From Acidimicrobiales bacterium (lineage in GTDB: Bacteria > Actinomycetota > Acidimicrobiia > Acidimicrobiales > CADCSY01), in contig DATLFP010000058.1 of assembly GCA_035540955.1 (NCBI GenBank), positions 4,340-68,339 on the forward strand: 64,000 nucleotides of DNA, written 5' to 3'. The notes under the pieces were generated by a model. It worked only from the letters and a program-made list of their open reading frames with translations. It was not told the origin of the DNA and made no database searches. How positions within the stretch are numbered: the first letter of the stretch is position 1; every line of letters begins with the position of its first letter. Of this stretch, positions 27,507-35,710 are shown piece by piece. The translations under genes and the position numbers were made by a program.

Positions 27507-28166
27507 TCAGAAAAGCGAGAGGACGTTCGACTCGATGCCGCGGAGGGCGTCGTAGTCGACCTCGACGCACTCGATGCCCCGGGCGGCGGCCAGCACCCGG
27601 GCCTGGGGCTTGATCTGCTGGGCCGCGAAGATGCCCCGGACCGGGGACAGCGCCGGGTCGAGCTCCATGCGCTCGAGGTAGCGCACGAGCTGCTCGACCC
27701 CGGCGATCTCGCCGACCCGCTTGACCTCCACCGCCACGCACGCGCCCGCCTCGTCACGGCACAGCAGGTCGACCGGCCCGATGTCGGTGAAGTGCTCCCG
27801 CTTCACCAGCCGGAGGCCGTGTGCCAGCACCTCGGGGTTGGCCGCCAGCAGCTCCTGCAGGTGGGCCTCGACGCCGTCCTTGCGCAGCCCCGGGTCCTCG
27901 CCGAGCTCATGCGAGAGGTCGGTGTGGATCTCCTCGATCGTGATCGTGAGCGTCTCGCCCTTCGGCGAGGAGACGAGCCACCGGCCCTCCTCCTCGACGA
28001 TCCGGCACGGCGGGTTCATCCAGTTGAGCGGCTTGAAGGCGCGGTCGTCGCAGTGGATCGAGATCGACCCGTCGGCCTTCACCATGAGGAGCCGGGTCGC
28101 CATGGGCAGGTGGGCGGTGAGCCGCCCGGCGTAGTCGACCGAGCAGGTGGCGATGACGAGCCGCAT
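27507..28166 (-). CDS. nucS: mismatch endonuclease NucS/EndoMS
   Basis: 219 aa. [21 protein letters not shown] at the N-terminus, the RecB-like nuclease core [21 protein letters not shown], and a C-terminus of NVLSLF. Confidence 0.95.
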   Translation of the reverse strand: MRLVIATCSVDYAGRLTAHLPMATRLLMVKADGSISIHCDDRAFKPLNWMNPPCRIVEEEGRWLVSSPKGETLTITIEEIHTDLSHELGEDPGLRKDGVEAHLQELLAANPEVLAHGLRLVKREHFTDIGPVDLLCRDEAGACVAVEVKRVGEIAGVEQLVRYLERMELDPALSPVRGIFAAQQIKPQARVLAAARGIECVEVDYDALRGIESNVLSLF

Positions 28167-28260
28167 CGCGCGCGACGGTACCGACTTCGCGCCGCGGCGC
28201 CCGGCGACCCGTTCCTCGCTACGTTGCTCGGATCAGGTAGGCGGAGCTCCGGGGGGTTGC

Positions 28261-30003
28261 ATGGTCGAGCTGGATCAGCCGTGGGTCGTGGACAACCGAC
28301 CCAGTGAGCGGTTCCGCATCTACACGCGGGCGAACGTCGGCGAGGTGTTCCCCGATCCCGTCACCCCGCTGTCCTGGACGGTGGCCGGCGCGAAGTACGG
28401 CGAGGCCGGCTGGCGCGACGCGCTCGAGCGCTTCGGTGCCGTCACGCACGCCGAGTTCGATCCCGACAACCTCGAGGTCATGGGCGTGTTCGGGGGGTAC
28501 TGCTACCTGAACGTGTCGGTCTCCCGGCTGATGGGGGTGCGCACGCCAGGGCTCACGTGGGAGGCGATCGACTACTCGCTGTTCGGGGTGCAGCCCGGCA
28601 TCCCGCCCTACGAACCGGCGGACGGCGACGAGAGCGACGAGCGGTCGGCGGCGTGCGGCGCCACCCTGCAGTGGATCCTCACCACCGAGTCGCTGCCCGA
28701 GCTGGTCGAGCACCAGCAGGCCATCGCCGAGCTGCGGGCCGAGCGCCCGGACCTCACGACGCTGCCGGACGCCGCGCTCGTCGACCGCCTGCGCGACCTG
28801 ATGGGCACCTGGTTCCGCACGCTGTTCGGCGAGCACCTCTTCATCACCTACTGCTCGACGGTGCCGGCGGGGATCATCGCCCAGGTGTGCCAGGCGGTCG
28901 GCGATCCCACCCTCGCCAACCGGCTCATCGCCGGCATCGGCGGGGTCGACTCGGCGGCGCCGTCATGGGCCATGTGGGAGCTGGGCCGGATGGCGGCGGC
29001 GTCACCGGCGATCACCGCCCAGTTCGAGGCGGGGACCGGCGATCTCGTCGAGCGGCTGCGGGCCAGCGACGACCCCGAGGAGCAGCGGTTCGTCGCCGCC
29101 TTCGACGACTTCCTCTACGAGTTCGGCTCCCGGGGCCCCAACGAGTGGGAGATGCGGTCGCCGACGTGGGAGACCCGGCCCGGTCTCGCGCTCGGCGCCA
29201 TCGACCGGATGCGGCTCACCAGCGAGATCGACGCCCCGCAGAAGCACCACGAGGCGATGGCCGCCGACCGGGAGGCGCTCGTGGCCCACATCGGTGAGCA
29301 GCTGGCGGGCGATCCCGAGACGCAGGGCCAGTTCCTCGCCGCCGTGCGCGCCGCCGGGGTGTTCCTCGCCGGCCGGGAGCGCACCAAGACGACGATCATC
29401 CGGCTGACGCACGAGGCCCGGATGGCGATGCGCGAGCTCGGTCGGCGGATGGTCGAGGCCGGTCACTTCGACGACATCAACGACTTCGGGATGATCCGCG
29501 ACGACGAGTACGACGCGTTCCTAGCCGATCCGGCGTCGTTCACCGGGACCATCCGCGAACGCAAGGCGTGGTACGCCGAGCTGGCGGCACTCGAGCCGCC
29601 GTTCGTGGTCACCACCGGCAACATCCCGCCGGCCTCGACGTGGGCGCGTCGCGACGCGGACCGCCACGACCTCGCGCAGCCCGGAGACGTGCTCGAGGGG
29701 CTGCCCGGGTGCCCAGGTGTGGCCACGGGCCGGGCGCGGGTGATCCTCGACAGCAACGACCCGACGGCGCTCGAGCCCGGCGACGTGCTCGTCGCCCCCA
29801 TCACCGACCCGTCCTGGACACCGCTGTTCGTCCCCGCGGCGGCCGTCGTCGTCGACGTCGGCGCCCAGATCAGCCACGCCATCATCGTCAGCCGGGAGCT
29901 GGGCATCCCGTGCGTGGTGTCGGTGACCGGTGGTACCAAGCGGATCCCCGACGGTGCGACGGTCACCGTCGACGGCACGAAGGGCACGGTGACGGTCCTG
30001 TGA
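28261..30003 (+). CDS. PEP-utilizing enzyme (mobile/swivel phosphohistidine domain) protein, RPH/PpsA-like without an ATP-grasp domain, paralog 1
   Basis: The C-terminal ~100 aa are a swivel domain with the conserved His (GCPGVATGRARVI...ITDPSWTPLF...GAQISHAIIVSRELGIPCVV). The N-terminal ~480 aa show no ATP-grasp motifs. ATG 28261 chosen because it sits divergent from nucS. Confidence 0.85.
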   Translation: MVELDQPWVVDNRPSERFRIYTRANVGEVFPDPVTPLSWTVAGAKYGEAGWRDALERFGAVTHAEFDPDNLEVMGVFGGYCYLNVSVSRLMGVRTPGLTWEAIDYSLFGVQPGIPPYEPADGDESDERSAACGATLQWILTTESLPELVEHQQAIAELRAERPDLTTLPDAALVDRLRDLMGTWFRTLFGEHLFITYCSTVPAGIIAQVCQAVGDPTLANRLIAGIGGVDSAAPSWAMWELGRMAAASPAITAQFEAGTGDLVERLRASDDPEEQRFVAAFDDFLYEFGSRGPNEWEMRSPTWETRPGLALGAIDRMRLTSEIDAPQKHHEAMAADREALVAHIGEQLAGDPETQGQFLAAVRAAGVFLAGRERTKTTIIRLTHEARMAMRELGRRMVEAGHFDDINDFGMIRDDEYDAFLADPASFTGTIRERKAWYAELAALEPPFVVTTGNIPPASTWARRDADRHDLAQPGDVLEGLPGCPGVATGRARVILDSNDPTALEPGDVLVAPITDPSWTPLFVPAAAVVVDVGAQISHAIIVSRELGIPCVVSVTGGTKRIPDGATVTVDGTKGTVTVL

Positions 30004-31736
30004 GAACCACCTTCATCACCGACACGCAGCCGAGTGAGAAGTACCGCATCGTGTCGCGCGCGAACGCCGGTGAGGTCATGCCCGACCCGTGCTCACCGCT
30101 GAACGCGACGCTGGGCATGTTCGAGGCCGGGGAGAAGGGCTGGCGGGACGCGTACGTCGTCACCGGCACCTTCCGGCGCGACGAGTTCGAGCCCGATCGC
30201 ACGAACACCATCCACTGCTTCGGCGGCTACATGTACATCAACATGTCGCTGACGCGGCTGTACGGCCTCCGAACCGGGCTGATGACCCCCGAGCAGGTCG
30301 ACCTCCAGTACTTCGGGGAGATGGCGGGCATCCCGCCGTACGAGGACGAGGCGCGGCCGACCGACGTCTCGCCCGAGGCGACCGAGAAGCTCACGGCCTT
30401 CTTCGCGTCCGAGGTCTGGGCGAAGGAGGACCTGCCCGAGCTGCGGGACGACGCCGCGCAGACCGAGCGGCTCGTGCGTTCGCGGCCCGACTTCGCCGAG
30501 CTGTCGAACCAGGAGCTCGTCGACCACGCGCGCTCGTTCGTCCCGCTCTACCGCCGCCTGTTCGGCCGTCACATCATCATCTCCGGCAACTCGGGTATGG
30601 GGATCGGGACGGTCTCGGCGGTCTGCGCCGCCGTCGGCCGCCCCGAGCTCACCATGACGCTGGTGGCGGGCCTCGGCGACGTCGACTCGGCGGCGCCGTC
30701 GATGGCGATGTGGGATCTCGGCCGGCTGGTCGCGGGATCCGAGGCGCTGACCGCCGCGTTCCGCGCCGGCGTGCCCGGGCTGCTCGACCGGTTGCGGGCG
30801 GACGGCTCGAAGGACGTCCAGCGCTTCCTCGACGGGTTCGACGCGCTGCTCGAGCGGTTCGGGTCGCGGGGCCCGAACGAGTGGGAGCTGCGCTCGCACA
30901 CGTGGGGGACCAAGCCCGAGCTGGCGCTGGCGGCCATCGACCGCATGCGGCTGTCGCCCGACGGTGCCGCTCCCGCCGGCCACCAGGCCGAGCGCAAGGC
31001 GGAGGCCGACGCCGCGGCCGACGAGGTGCGGGTACTCGTGGCCGGCGACGCCGAGGCGGCGGGTCAGTTCGAGGCCGGCCTGCGGGCGGCCCGCCTGTTC
31101 CTCGCCGGTCGCGAGCGATCGAAGACGAACTGCATCCGCATCGTGCAGGAGATGCGCTTGGCGCTGCGCGAGGTCGGTCGCCGCCTCCTCGACGCCGGCC
31201 ACCTCGACACGGTGGAGCAGCTGTTCATGTTCACCGACGACGAGCTCGATCAGGTGCTCGTCGACCCCGGGGCGTGGACGGCCGTCGCCCGCGAGCGCGA
31301 GCAGCAGTACCTCGAGCTGTTCGAGCTCGAACCGCCGTTCGTGATCGTGGGCGACCCGCCGCCGCTGTCGTCGTGGACGCGGCGCGACGCTTCCACGGTC
31401 GAGCAGGCCGTCGCCGGCACCGTGCTCACCGGCATCCCCGGTTGCCCGGGAACGGCCCGGGGCCGGGCCCGGGTGATCCTCGATCCGTCCGATCCGACCG
31501 CGCTCGAGCCCGGCGACATCCTCGTCGCCCCGCTCACCGACCCGGCGTGGACGCCGCTGTTCGTCCCCGCCGCGGCCGTCGTCGTCGACGTCGGCGCCCA
31601 GATCACCCACGCCGTGATCGTGAGCCGCGAGCTCGGGATCCCGTGCGTCGTCTCGGTCACCGGGGCAACGAAGACCATCCCCGACGGCGCCGAGATCGAG
31701 GTCGACGGCACCACCGGCACCGTCACGCTCCTCTGA
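30000..31736 (+). CDS. PEP-utilizing enzyme (swivel domain) protein, paralog 2
   Basis: Colinear with paralog 1 throughout (RANAGEVMPDPCSPL..., GSRGPNEWELRS..., GAQITHAVIVSRELGIPCVV). The GTG at 30000 overlaps the paralog-1 stop (GTGA). Confidence 0.85.
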   Translation: MRTTFITDTQPSEKYRIVSRANAGEVMPDPCSPLNATLGMFEAGEKGWRDAYVVTGTFRRDEFEPDRTNTIHCFGGYMYINMSLTRLYGLRTGLMTPEQVDLQYFGEMAGIPPYEDEARPTDVSPEATEKLTAFFASEVWAKEDLPELRDDAAQTERLVRSRPDFAELSNQELVDHARSFVPLYRRLFGRHIIISGNSGMGIGTVSAVCAAVGRPELTMTLVAGLGDVDSAAPSMAMWDLGRLVAGSEALTAAFRAGVPGLLDRLRADGSKDVQRFLDGFDALLERFGSRGPNEWELRSHTWGTKPELALAAIDRMRLSPDGAAPAGHQAERKAEADAAADEVRVLVAGDAEAAGQFEAGLRAARLFLAGRERSKTNCIRIVQEMRLALREVGRRLLDAGHLDTVEQLFMFTDDELDQVLVDPGAWTAVAREREQQYLELFELEPPFVIVGDPPPLSSWTRRDASTVEQAVAGTVLTGIPGCPGTARGRARVILDPSDPTALEPGDILVAPLTDPAWTPLFVPAAAVVVDVGAQITHAVIVSRELGIPCVVSVTGATKTIPDGAEIEVDGTTGTVTLL

Positions 31737-32697
31737 CGGACTCCCGCCACGCCGACGGCGCGGTGCCGCGCGCCCGCTTGAACGCGCGGCTGAACGCCTC
31801 CTCGGCGTCGTAGCCGACGCGCCGAGCGATCTCGAAGACGGTCAGCCGCGTCGACGCCAACAGGTCGGCGGCGACGTGCATGCGCCAGTCGGTCAGGTAG
31901 CGGATCGGTGAGCGCCGGAGCACCTCCCGGAAGCGGGCGTCGAGCGTGGACGGCGCCGCCGCGGCGTGGTTCGCCAGCTCGGCGACGGTCCACTTCCGCT
32001 CCGGCTGGCCGTGGATGGCGGCGAGCGCCGGCGCCAGCACCGGATCTCGCAACGCGGCGAACAGGCCGTGGTCGGCCGCCGGCGCGGTCGCCAGGTGGAG
32101 GCGGAGAACCTCGGCGAGCAGCAGCTCGGGCAGCCGCGTGACCTCGGAGCCGGCCGCCATGGCGTACTCGATGCTGGCCCGGACCCACTGGGCGGCGGCG
32201 TCGTCCGGGCGAACGACGAGCACCTCGGGAAGCGTGCGCAGCGACGGATCGAACAGCGCGTCGTCGCAGTGGAGGTAGCCGCAGACGACGTCGGTCCGCG
32301 ATCCGCCCTGTCCGAGCCGCAGCACGGGGAAGGAGTCCCACGGCGGCGGGTCCATGAACGACAGGATGGAGACGGTCTCGGCCGGCTCGGTGCCGCCCAT
32401 CGCGTGCTGGTCGCCGTACGGGAGCAGGATCACGTCGCCCGCTTCGGCCCAGTGCCGGTCGCCGTCGCCGACCGCGATCCAGCACCGACCGGCAGCGACC
32501 AGATGGAAGAGCACCACGTTGGCGGCGCCGGGATGCAGCATCGCCGCCGTCGACGGCCCGTCGACCGCTTCGTAGGCCCACGGCTCGGTGTACTCGGCGC
32601 GCAGGAAGATGGCGCCGCTGATCCGCAGGTGGTCGAACCGTGGGGAATCGGTCATCCCCGCTGGGGTCGCGGTCATGGGCACATCGCCCCCGCTCAT
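31723..32697 (-). CDS. AraC-family transcriptional regulator with N-terminal cupin domain
   Basis: C-terminal HTH (WTVAELANHAAAAPSTLDARFREVL...FEIARRVGYDAEEAFSRAFKR) and N-terminal cupin (FHLVAAGRCWIAVGD...ILLPYGDQHAMGG). The start is ambiguous (ATG 32697, 32676 or 32655). The 3' end overlaps the convergent gene by 14 nt. Confidence 0.85.
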   Translation of the reverse strand: MSGGDVPMTATPAGMTDSPRFDHLRISGAIFLRAEYTEPWAYEAVDGPSTAAMLHPGAANVVLFHLVAAGRCWIAVGDGDRHWAEAGDVILLPYGDQHAMGGTEPAETVSILSFMDPPPWDSFPVLRLGQGGSRTDVVCGYLHCDDALFDPSLRTLPEVLVVRPDDAAAQWVRASIEYAMAAGSEVTRLPELLLAEVLRLHLATAPAADHGLFAALRDPVLAPALAAIHGQPERKWTVAELANHAAAAPSTLDARFREVLRRSPIRYLTDWRMHVAADLLASTRLTVFEIARRVGYDAEEAFSRAFKRARGTAPSAWRESVRGA

Positions 32698-32746
32698 GGA
32701 CAGTGATGGTGTCACAACGACCCCACCGATGACAGGGAGACGAACG

Positions 32747-33031
32747 ATGCCGAAGTACGTGATCGAGCGGACCATTCCGGGTGCCGGATCGCTGAGCAGC
32801 GACGAGCTGCAGGCGATCTCGCAGAAGTCCAACGAGGTGCTCGACGGGATGGCCGGGCGGGCGCAGTGGCTGCAGTCCTACGTCACCGGCGACAAGATCT
32901 ACTGCGTCTACATCGCCGACGACGAGGACGCCGTCCGCGAGCACGCGCAGTGCGGCGGCTTCCCTGCGGACGCGATCAGTCGCGTCGCCACGGTGATCGA
33001 CCCCACCACCGCCGAGCTCGCCCCCGCCTGA
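32747..33031 (+). CDS. DUF4242-like small protein
   Basis: 94 aa, MPKYVIERTIPGAGSLSSDELQAISQKS...YVTGDKIYCVYIADDEDAVREHA. A GGGAGA motif lies 6 nt upstream of the ATG. The upstream part of the track ORF overlaps the AraC start region. Confidence 0.75.
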   Translation: MPKYVIERTIPGAGSLSSDELQAISQKSNEVLDGMAGRAQWLQSYVTGDKIYCVYIADDEDAVREHAQCGGFPADAISRVATVIDPTTAELAPA

Positions 33032-33032
33032 C

Positions 33033-33084
33033 AGATCTCGGGCCGGTGAAGGCCCTGGTGGGGCTTCCACCGGCCCGAGATCTC
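33033..33084. terminator. long hairpin between convergent genes
   Basis: Arms AGATCTCGGGCCGGTGAAG (33033-33051) / CTTCCACCGGCCCGAGATCT (33065-33084) form a ~19-bp stem with one bulge. Confidence 0.5.
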
Positions 33085-33092
33085 CTGGGGGC

Positions 33093-33908
33093 TCAGAACC
33101 GGGGTGGGCGCTTGTCCTGCAGGGCGCGGACGCCCTCGGTGAAGTCCGGCTCGCCGACCATGCGCTGGAGCAGGGCGTAGGAGTCGGCGACGGAGTCGTC
33201 GAGCGATCGACCGGTCAGGTCGGCCCACAGCTGTTGCTTGATCGTTGCCAGGGACGACCGCGAGATCTCGGCGGCGATGGTGCGGGCGTAGTCGAGCGTC
33301 GCGTCGACCCCGCACACGCGATCGACGAGCCCCATCGCCAGCGCCTCCTCGGCCAGCACCACCCGCGACGAGAACAGCAGATCGGCGGCCCGGGAGCGGC
33401 CGACGAGCCGGGGGAGCAGCCACGACGACCCGTACTCGGCGGGTAGCCCCAGCCGGCCGAACGAGGTCGTGAGCTTCGCCCCCGACACGGCGAACCGAAG
33501 GTCGCAGAACAGCGCGAGCACGAGGCCGACCCCGGCCACCGGGCCGTTGATGGCGGCGATCACCGGCTTCGACATCCGCAGCTGCCACGCGAACCCCCGC
33601 TCGGGCTCTCCGCTCAGACGGCCGCTCGGGCCGGGTTCCCCGCCGCCGCCGTCGCTGTCGCCCGTACCGGGGTCGTAGGTGCCGCTCTCGGCCATCGGAC
33701 CGAGCGCGGCGGCGTCAGCGCCGGCGCAGAACCCCCGCCCGGCGCCGGTGACCACCACCACCCGCACCGCGGGGTCGGCCTCGGCGTCGGCCATCGCGGC
33801 GCGGTAGGCCGACTCCATCCGACCGGTCCACGCGTTGAGCCGCTCGGGCCGGTTCAGCGTGACGGTGGCGACGCCGCCGTCGACCTCGACCAGCACCGGC
33901 TCGCTCAC
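33093..33908 (-). CDS. enoyl-CoA hydratase/isomerase (crotonase) family
   Basis: Start at GTG 33908 gives VSEPVLVEVDGGVATVTLNRPERLNAW, followed by GRGFCAGAD and AAINGPVAGVG. It has an unusual Gly/Asp-rich insertion (GTYDPGTGDSDGGGGEPGPSG). Confidence 0.9.
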   Translation of the reverse strand: MSEPVLVEVDGGVATVTLNRPERLNAWTGRMESAYRAAMADAEADPAVRVVVVTGAGRGFCAGADAAALGPMAESGTYDPGTGDSDGGGGEPGPSGRLSGEPERGFAWQLRMSKPVIAAINGPVAGVGLVLALFCDLRFAVSGAKLTTSFGRLGLPAEYGSSWLLPRLVGRSRAADLLFSSRVVLAEEALAMGLVDRVCGVDATLDYARTIAAEISRSSLATIKQQLWADLTGRSLDDSVADSYALLQRMVGEPDFTEGVRALQDKRPPRF

Positions 33909-33991
33909 TGGCGCTCGCTGCCACGAACGTTGTCGCGCTCGCCCGCCTGCGGCGGCGCAGCGCGACAACCTTCGAAGTCGGGGCGAGTCAC
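33905..33991 (-). repeat. intergenic repeat IGR-A copy 1 with bridging mini-ORF (VTRPDFEGCRAAPPQAGERDNVRGSERQ)
   Basis: Hairpin arms CGAACGTTGTCGCG (33924-33937) / CGCGACAACCTTCG (33961-33974). The mini-ORF GTG overlaps the cysQ TGA (GTGA) and its TGA overlaps the hydratase GTG (GTGA). It aligns with 51854-51963. Confidence 0.7.
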
Positions 33992-34731
33992 CGGAGCGCG
34001 GCCAGGCACGTCTCGGCCAGCTCCGGCCGGCACACGAGCAGATCGGGAAGCCACGGGTCGCGCTCGTTGTAGCGCAACGCGGCGCCGTCGAGGCGGGAGG
34101 CGTGCAGACCGGCGGCCTGCGCCACGGCGGCCGGCGCGGCCGAGTCCCACTCGTACATGCCGCCGGCATGGGCGTAGGCGTCGACCACGCCGAGGACGAC
34201 GGCCATCGCCTTGGCGCCCGCCGATCCCATCGGCACCAGCTCGGCGCCCAGGGCTTCGGCCACGAGCACCGAGGCGTACGGTCGCCGGGTCCGGCTCGTC
34301 ACCACCCGCATCGGGCGGTCGCCGTTGGCCGGCACCTCGGGCGGGTCGTCGGTGCCGAGGACGAGGCCCATGGCGGGCAGGGCCACGGCGCCGGCCACGA
34401 GGGTCCCGTTGATCGCGAGCGCGCAGTGCACGGCCCAATCGGTGCGGCCGGGCTCGCCGAACTCCCGCGTGCCGTCGAGGGGATCGACGATCCAGGCCCG
34501 CTCGTGCGCGAGCCGCGAGGGGTCGTCGGCGCCCTCTTCCGACAGCACGGCGTCGCCGGGCCGCTCGGCCCGGAGCAGCTCGAGGATGAGCTTGTGCGCG
34601 AGCCAGTCGCCGTCGGCCCGCATGGTCTCGGGGTGCAGACCCGAGCGGGTGCGCAGCTCGAGGAGGAGGTCGCCCGCCTCGCTCACCGCCCGGCGGGCGA
34701 GGGCGTGGTCGTCGTCGCTGGCCACCGGCAC
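33988..34731 (-). CDS. cysQ: 3'(2'),5'-bisphosphate nucleotidase / inositol monophosphatase family (CysQ)
   Basis: Motifs LSEEG, WIVDPLDGTREF, EWDSAAP. Start taken at GTG 34731. It lies divergent from cysD. Confidence 0.85.
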   Translation of the reverse strand: MPVASDDDHALARRAVSEAGDLLLELRTRSGLHPETMRADGDWLAHKLILELLRAERPGDAVLSEEGADDPSRLAHERAWIVDPLDGTREFGEPGRTDWAVHCALAINGTLVAGAVALPAMGLVLGTDDPPEVPANGDRPMRVVTSRTRRPYASVLVAEALGAELVPMGSAGAKAMAVVLGVVDAYAHAGGMYEWDSAAPAAVAQAAGLHASRLDGAALRYNERDPWLPDLLVCRPELAETCLAALR

Positions 34732-34762
34732 GGCAGGGGACGGTACCGGCTGACCCGAATGT

Positions 34763-34777
34763 TGACCTCGGAGGTCA
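34763..34777. promoter_or_regulatory. perfect 15-nt palindrome covering the cysD ribosome-binding site
   Basis: TGACCTC-G-GAGGTCA ends 3 nt before the cysD ATG (34781). The GGAGG lies inside the palindrome. It sits in the 49-bp cysQ/cysD divergent gap. Confidence 0.4.
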
Positions 34778-34780
34778 GGA

Positions 34781-35710
34781 ATGTACGCTCGGCGGATCGC
34801 CACGCACACGTACGAGCTCTCGCACCTGCGCGCCCTCGAGGCGGAGTCGATCTTCATCTTCCGCGAGGTCGTCGCCACCATGGAGCGGCCGGTCCTGCTG
34901 TTCTCCGGCGGCAAGGACTCGATCATCATGCTCCGGCTGGCCGAGAAGGCCTTCTGGCCGGCGAAGATCCCGTTCCCGGTCATGCACATCGACACCGGAC
35001 AGAACTTCCCCGAGGCGCTCGCGTTCCGTGATGCGCGCGTCGCCGAGCTCGGTGTGCGGCTCATCGTGGCGTCGGTCCAGGCGACGATCGACGCCGGACG
35101 AGTCGTGGAGGAGTCGGGCCCGGGCGCCAGCCGCAACCGCCTGCAGACCACCACCCTCCTCGACGCCATCGAGGAGCACGGCTTCGACTGCGCGATCGGG
35201 GGCGGCCGGCGCGACGAGGAGAAGGCCCGGGCCAAGGAGCGGGTGTTCAGCTTCCGCGACGACTTCGGTCAGTGGGACCCGAAGAACCAACGGCCCGAGC
35301 TGTGGAGCCTCTACAACGGCCGCCACCGCAAGGGCGAGCACATCCGGGCCTTCCCGATCAGCAACTGGACCGAGCTGGACGTGTGGCAGTACATCGCCGA
35401 GGACGACGTCGCCATCCCGTCGCTGTACTACGCCCACCGCCGCCGCGTCGTGCGCCGCGACGGCATGCTGTTCTCGATCAACGAGCACTTCGAGGCCCTC
35501 GACCACGAAGAGGTCTTCGAGGCCACGATCCGGTACCGGACCGTGGGCGACGCGTCCTGCACGGCCGCCATCGAGTCGGCCGCCGGCAACGCGCGCGAGG
35601 TCGCCGCCGAGGTCGCCGCCACCCGGGTCACCGAGCGGGGCGCCACCCGGGCCGACGACAAGTTCTCCGAGGCGGCCATGGAGGATCGCAAGAAGGAGGG
35701 GTACTTCTAG
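34781..35710 (+). CDS. cysD: sulfate adenylyltransferase subunit 2
   Basis: 309 aa. LSHLRALEAESIFIFREVVA...LLFSGGKDSIIMLRLA (PAPS-reductase-like PP-loop), C-terminal KKEGYF. Confidence 0.95.
   Translation: MYARRIATHTYELSHLRALEAESIFIFREVVATMERPVLLFSGGKDSIIMLRLAEKAFWPAKIPFPVMHIDTGQNFPEALAFRDARVAELGVRLIVASVQATIDAGRVVEESGPGASRNRLQTTTLLDAIEEHGFDCAIGGGRRDEEKARAKERVFSFRDDFGQWDPKNQRPELWSLYNGRHRKGEHIRAFPISNWTELDVWQYIAEDDVAIPSLYYAHRRRVVRRDGMLFSINEHFEALDHEEVFEATIRYRTVGDASCTAAIESAAGNAREVAAEVAATRVTERGATRADDKFSEAAMEDRKKEGYF

Noticed and set aside
29821-31604. A 50/51-nt identical stretch shared by the two PEP-utilizing paralogs, as evidence for recent gene conversion.
   Set aside because: The stretch encodes a strictly conserved peptide (PLFVPAAAVVVDVGAQI). 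With extreme codon bias, near-identity at the nucleotide level can arise without conversion. It is mentioned in the paralog finding only as a possibility.
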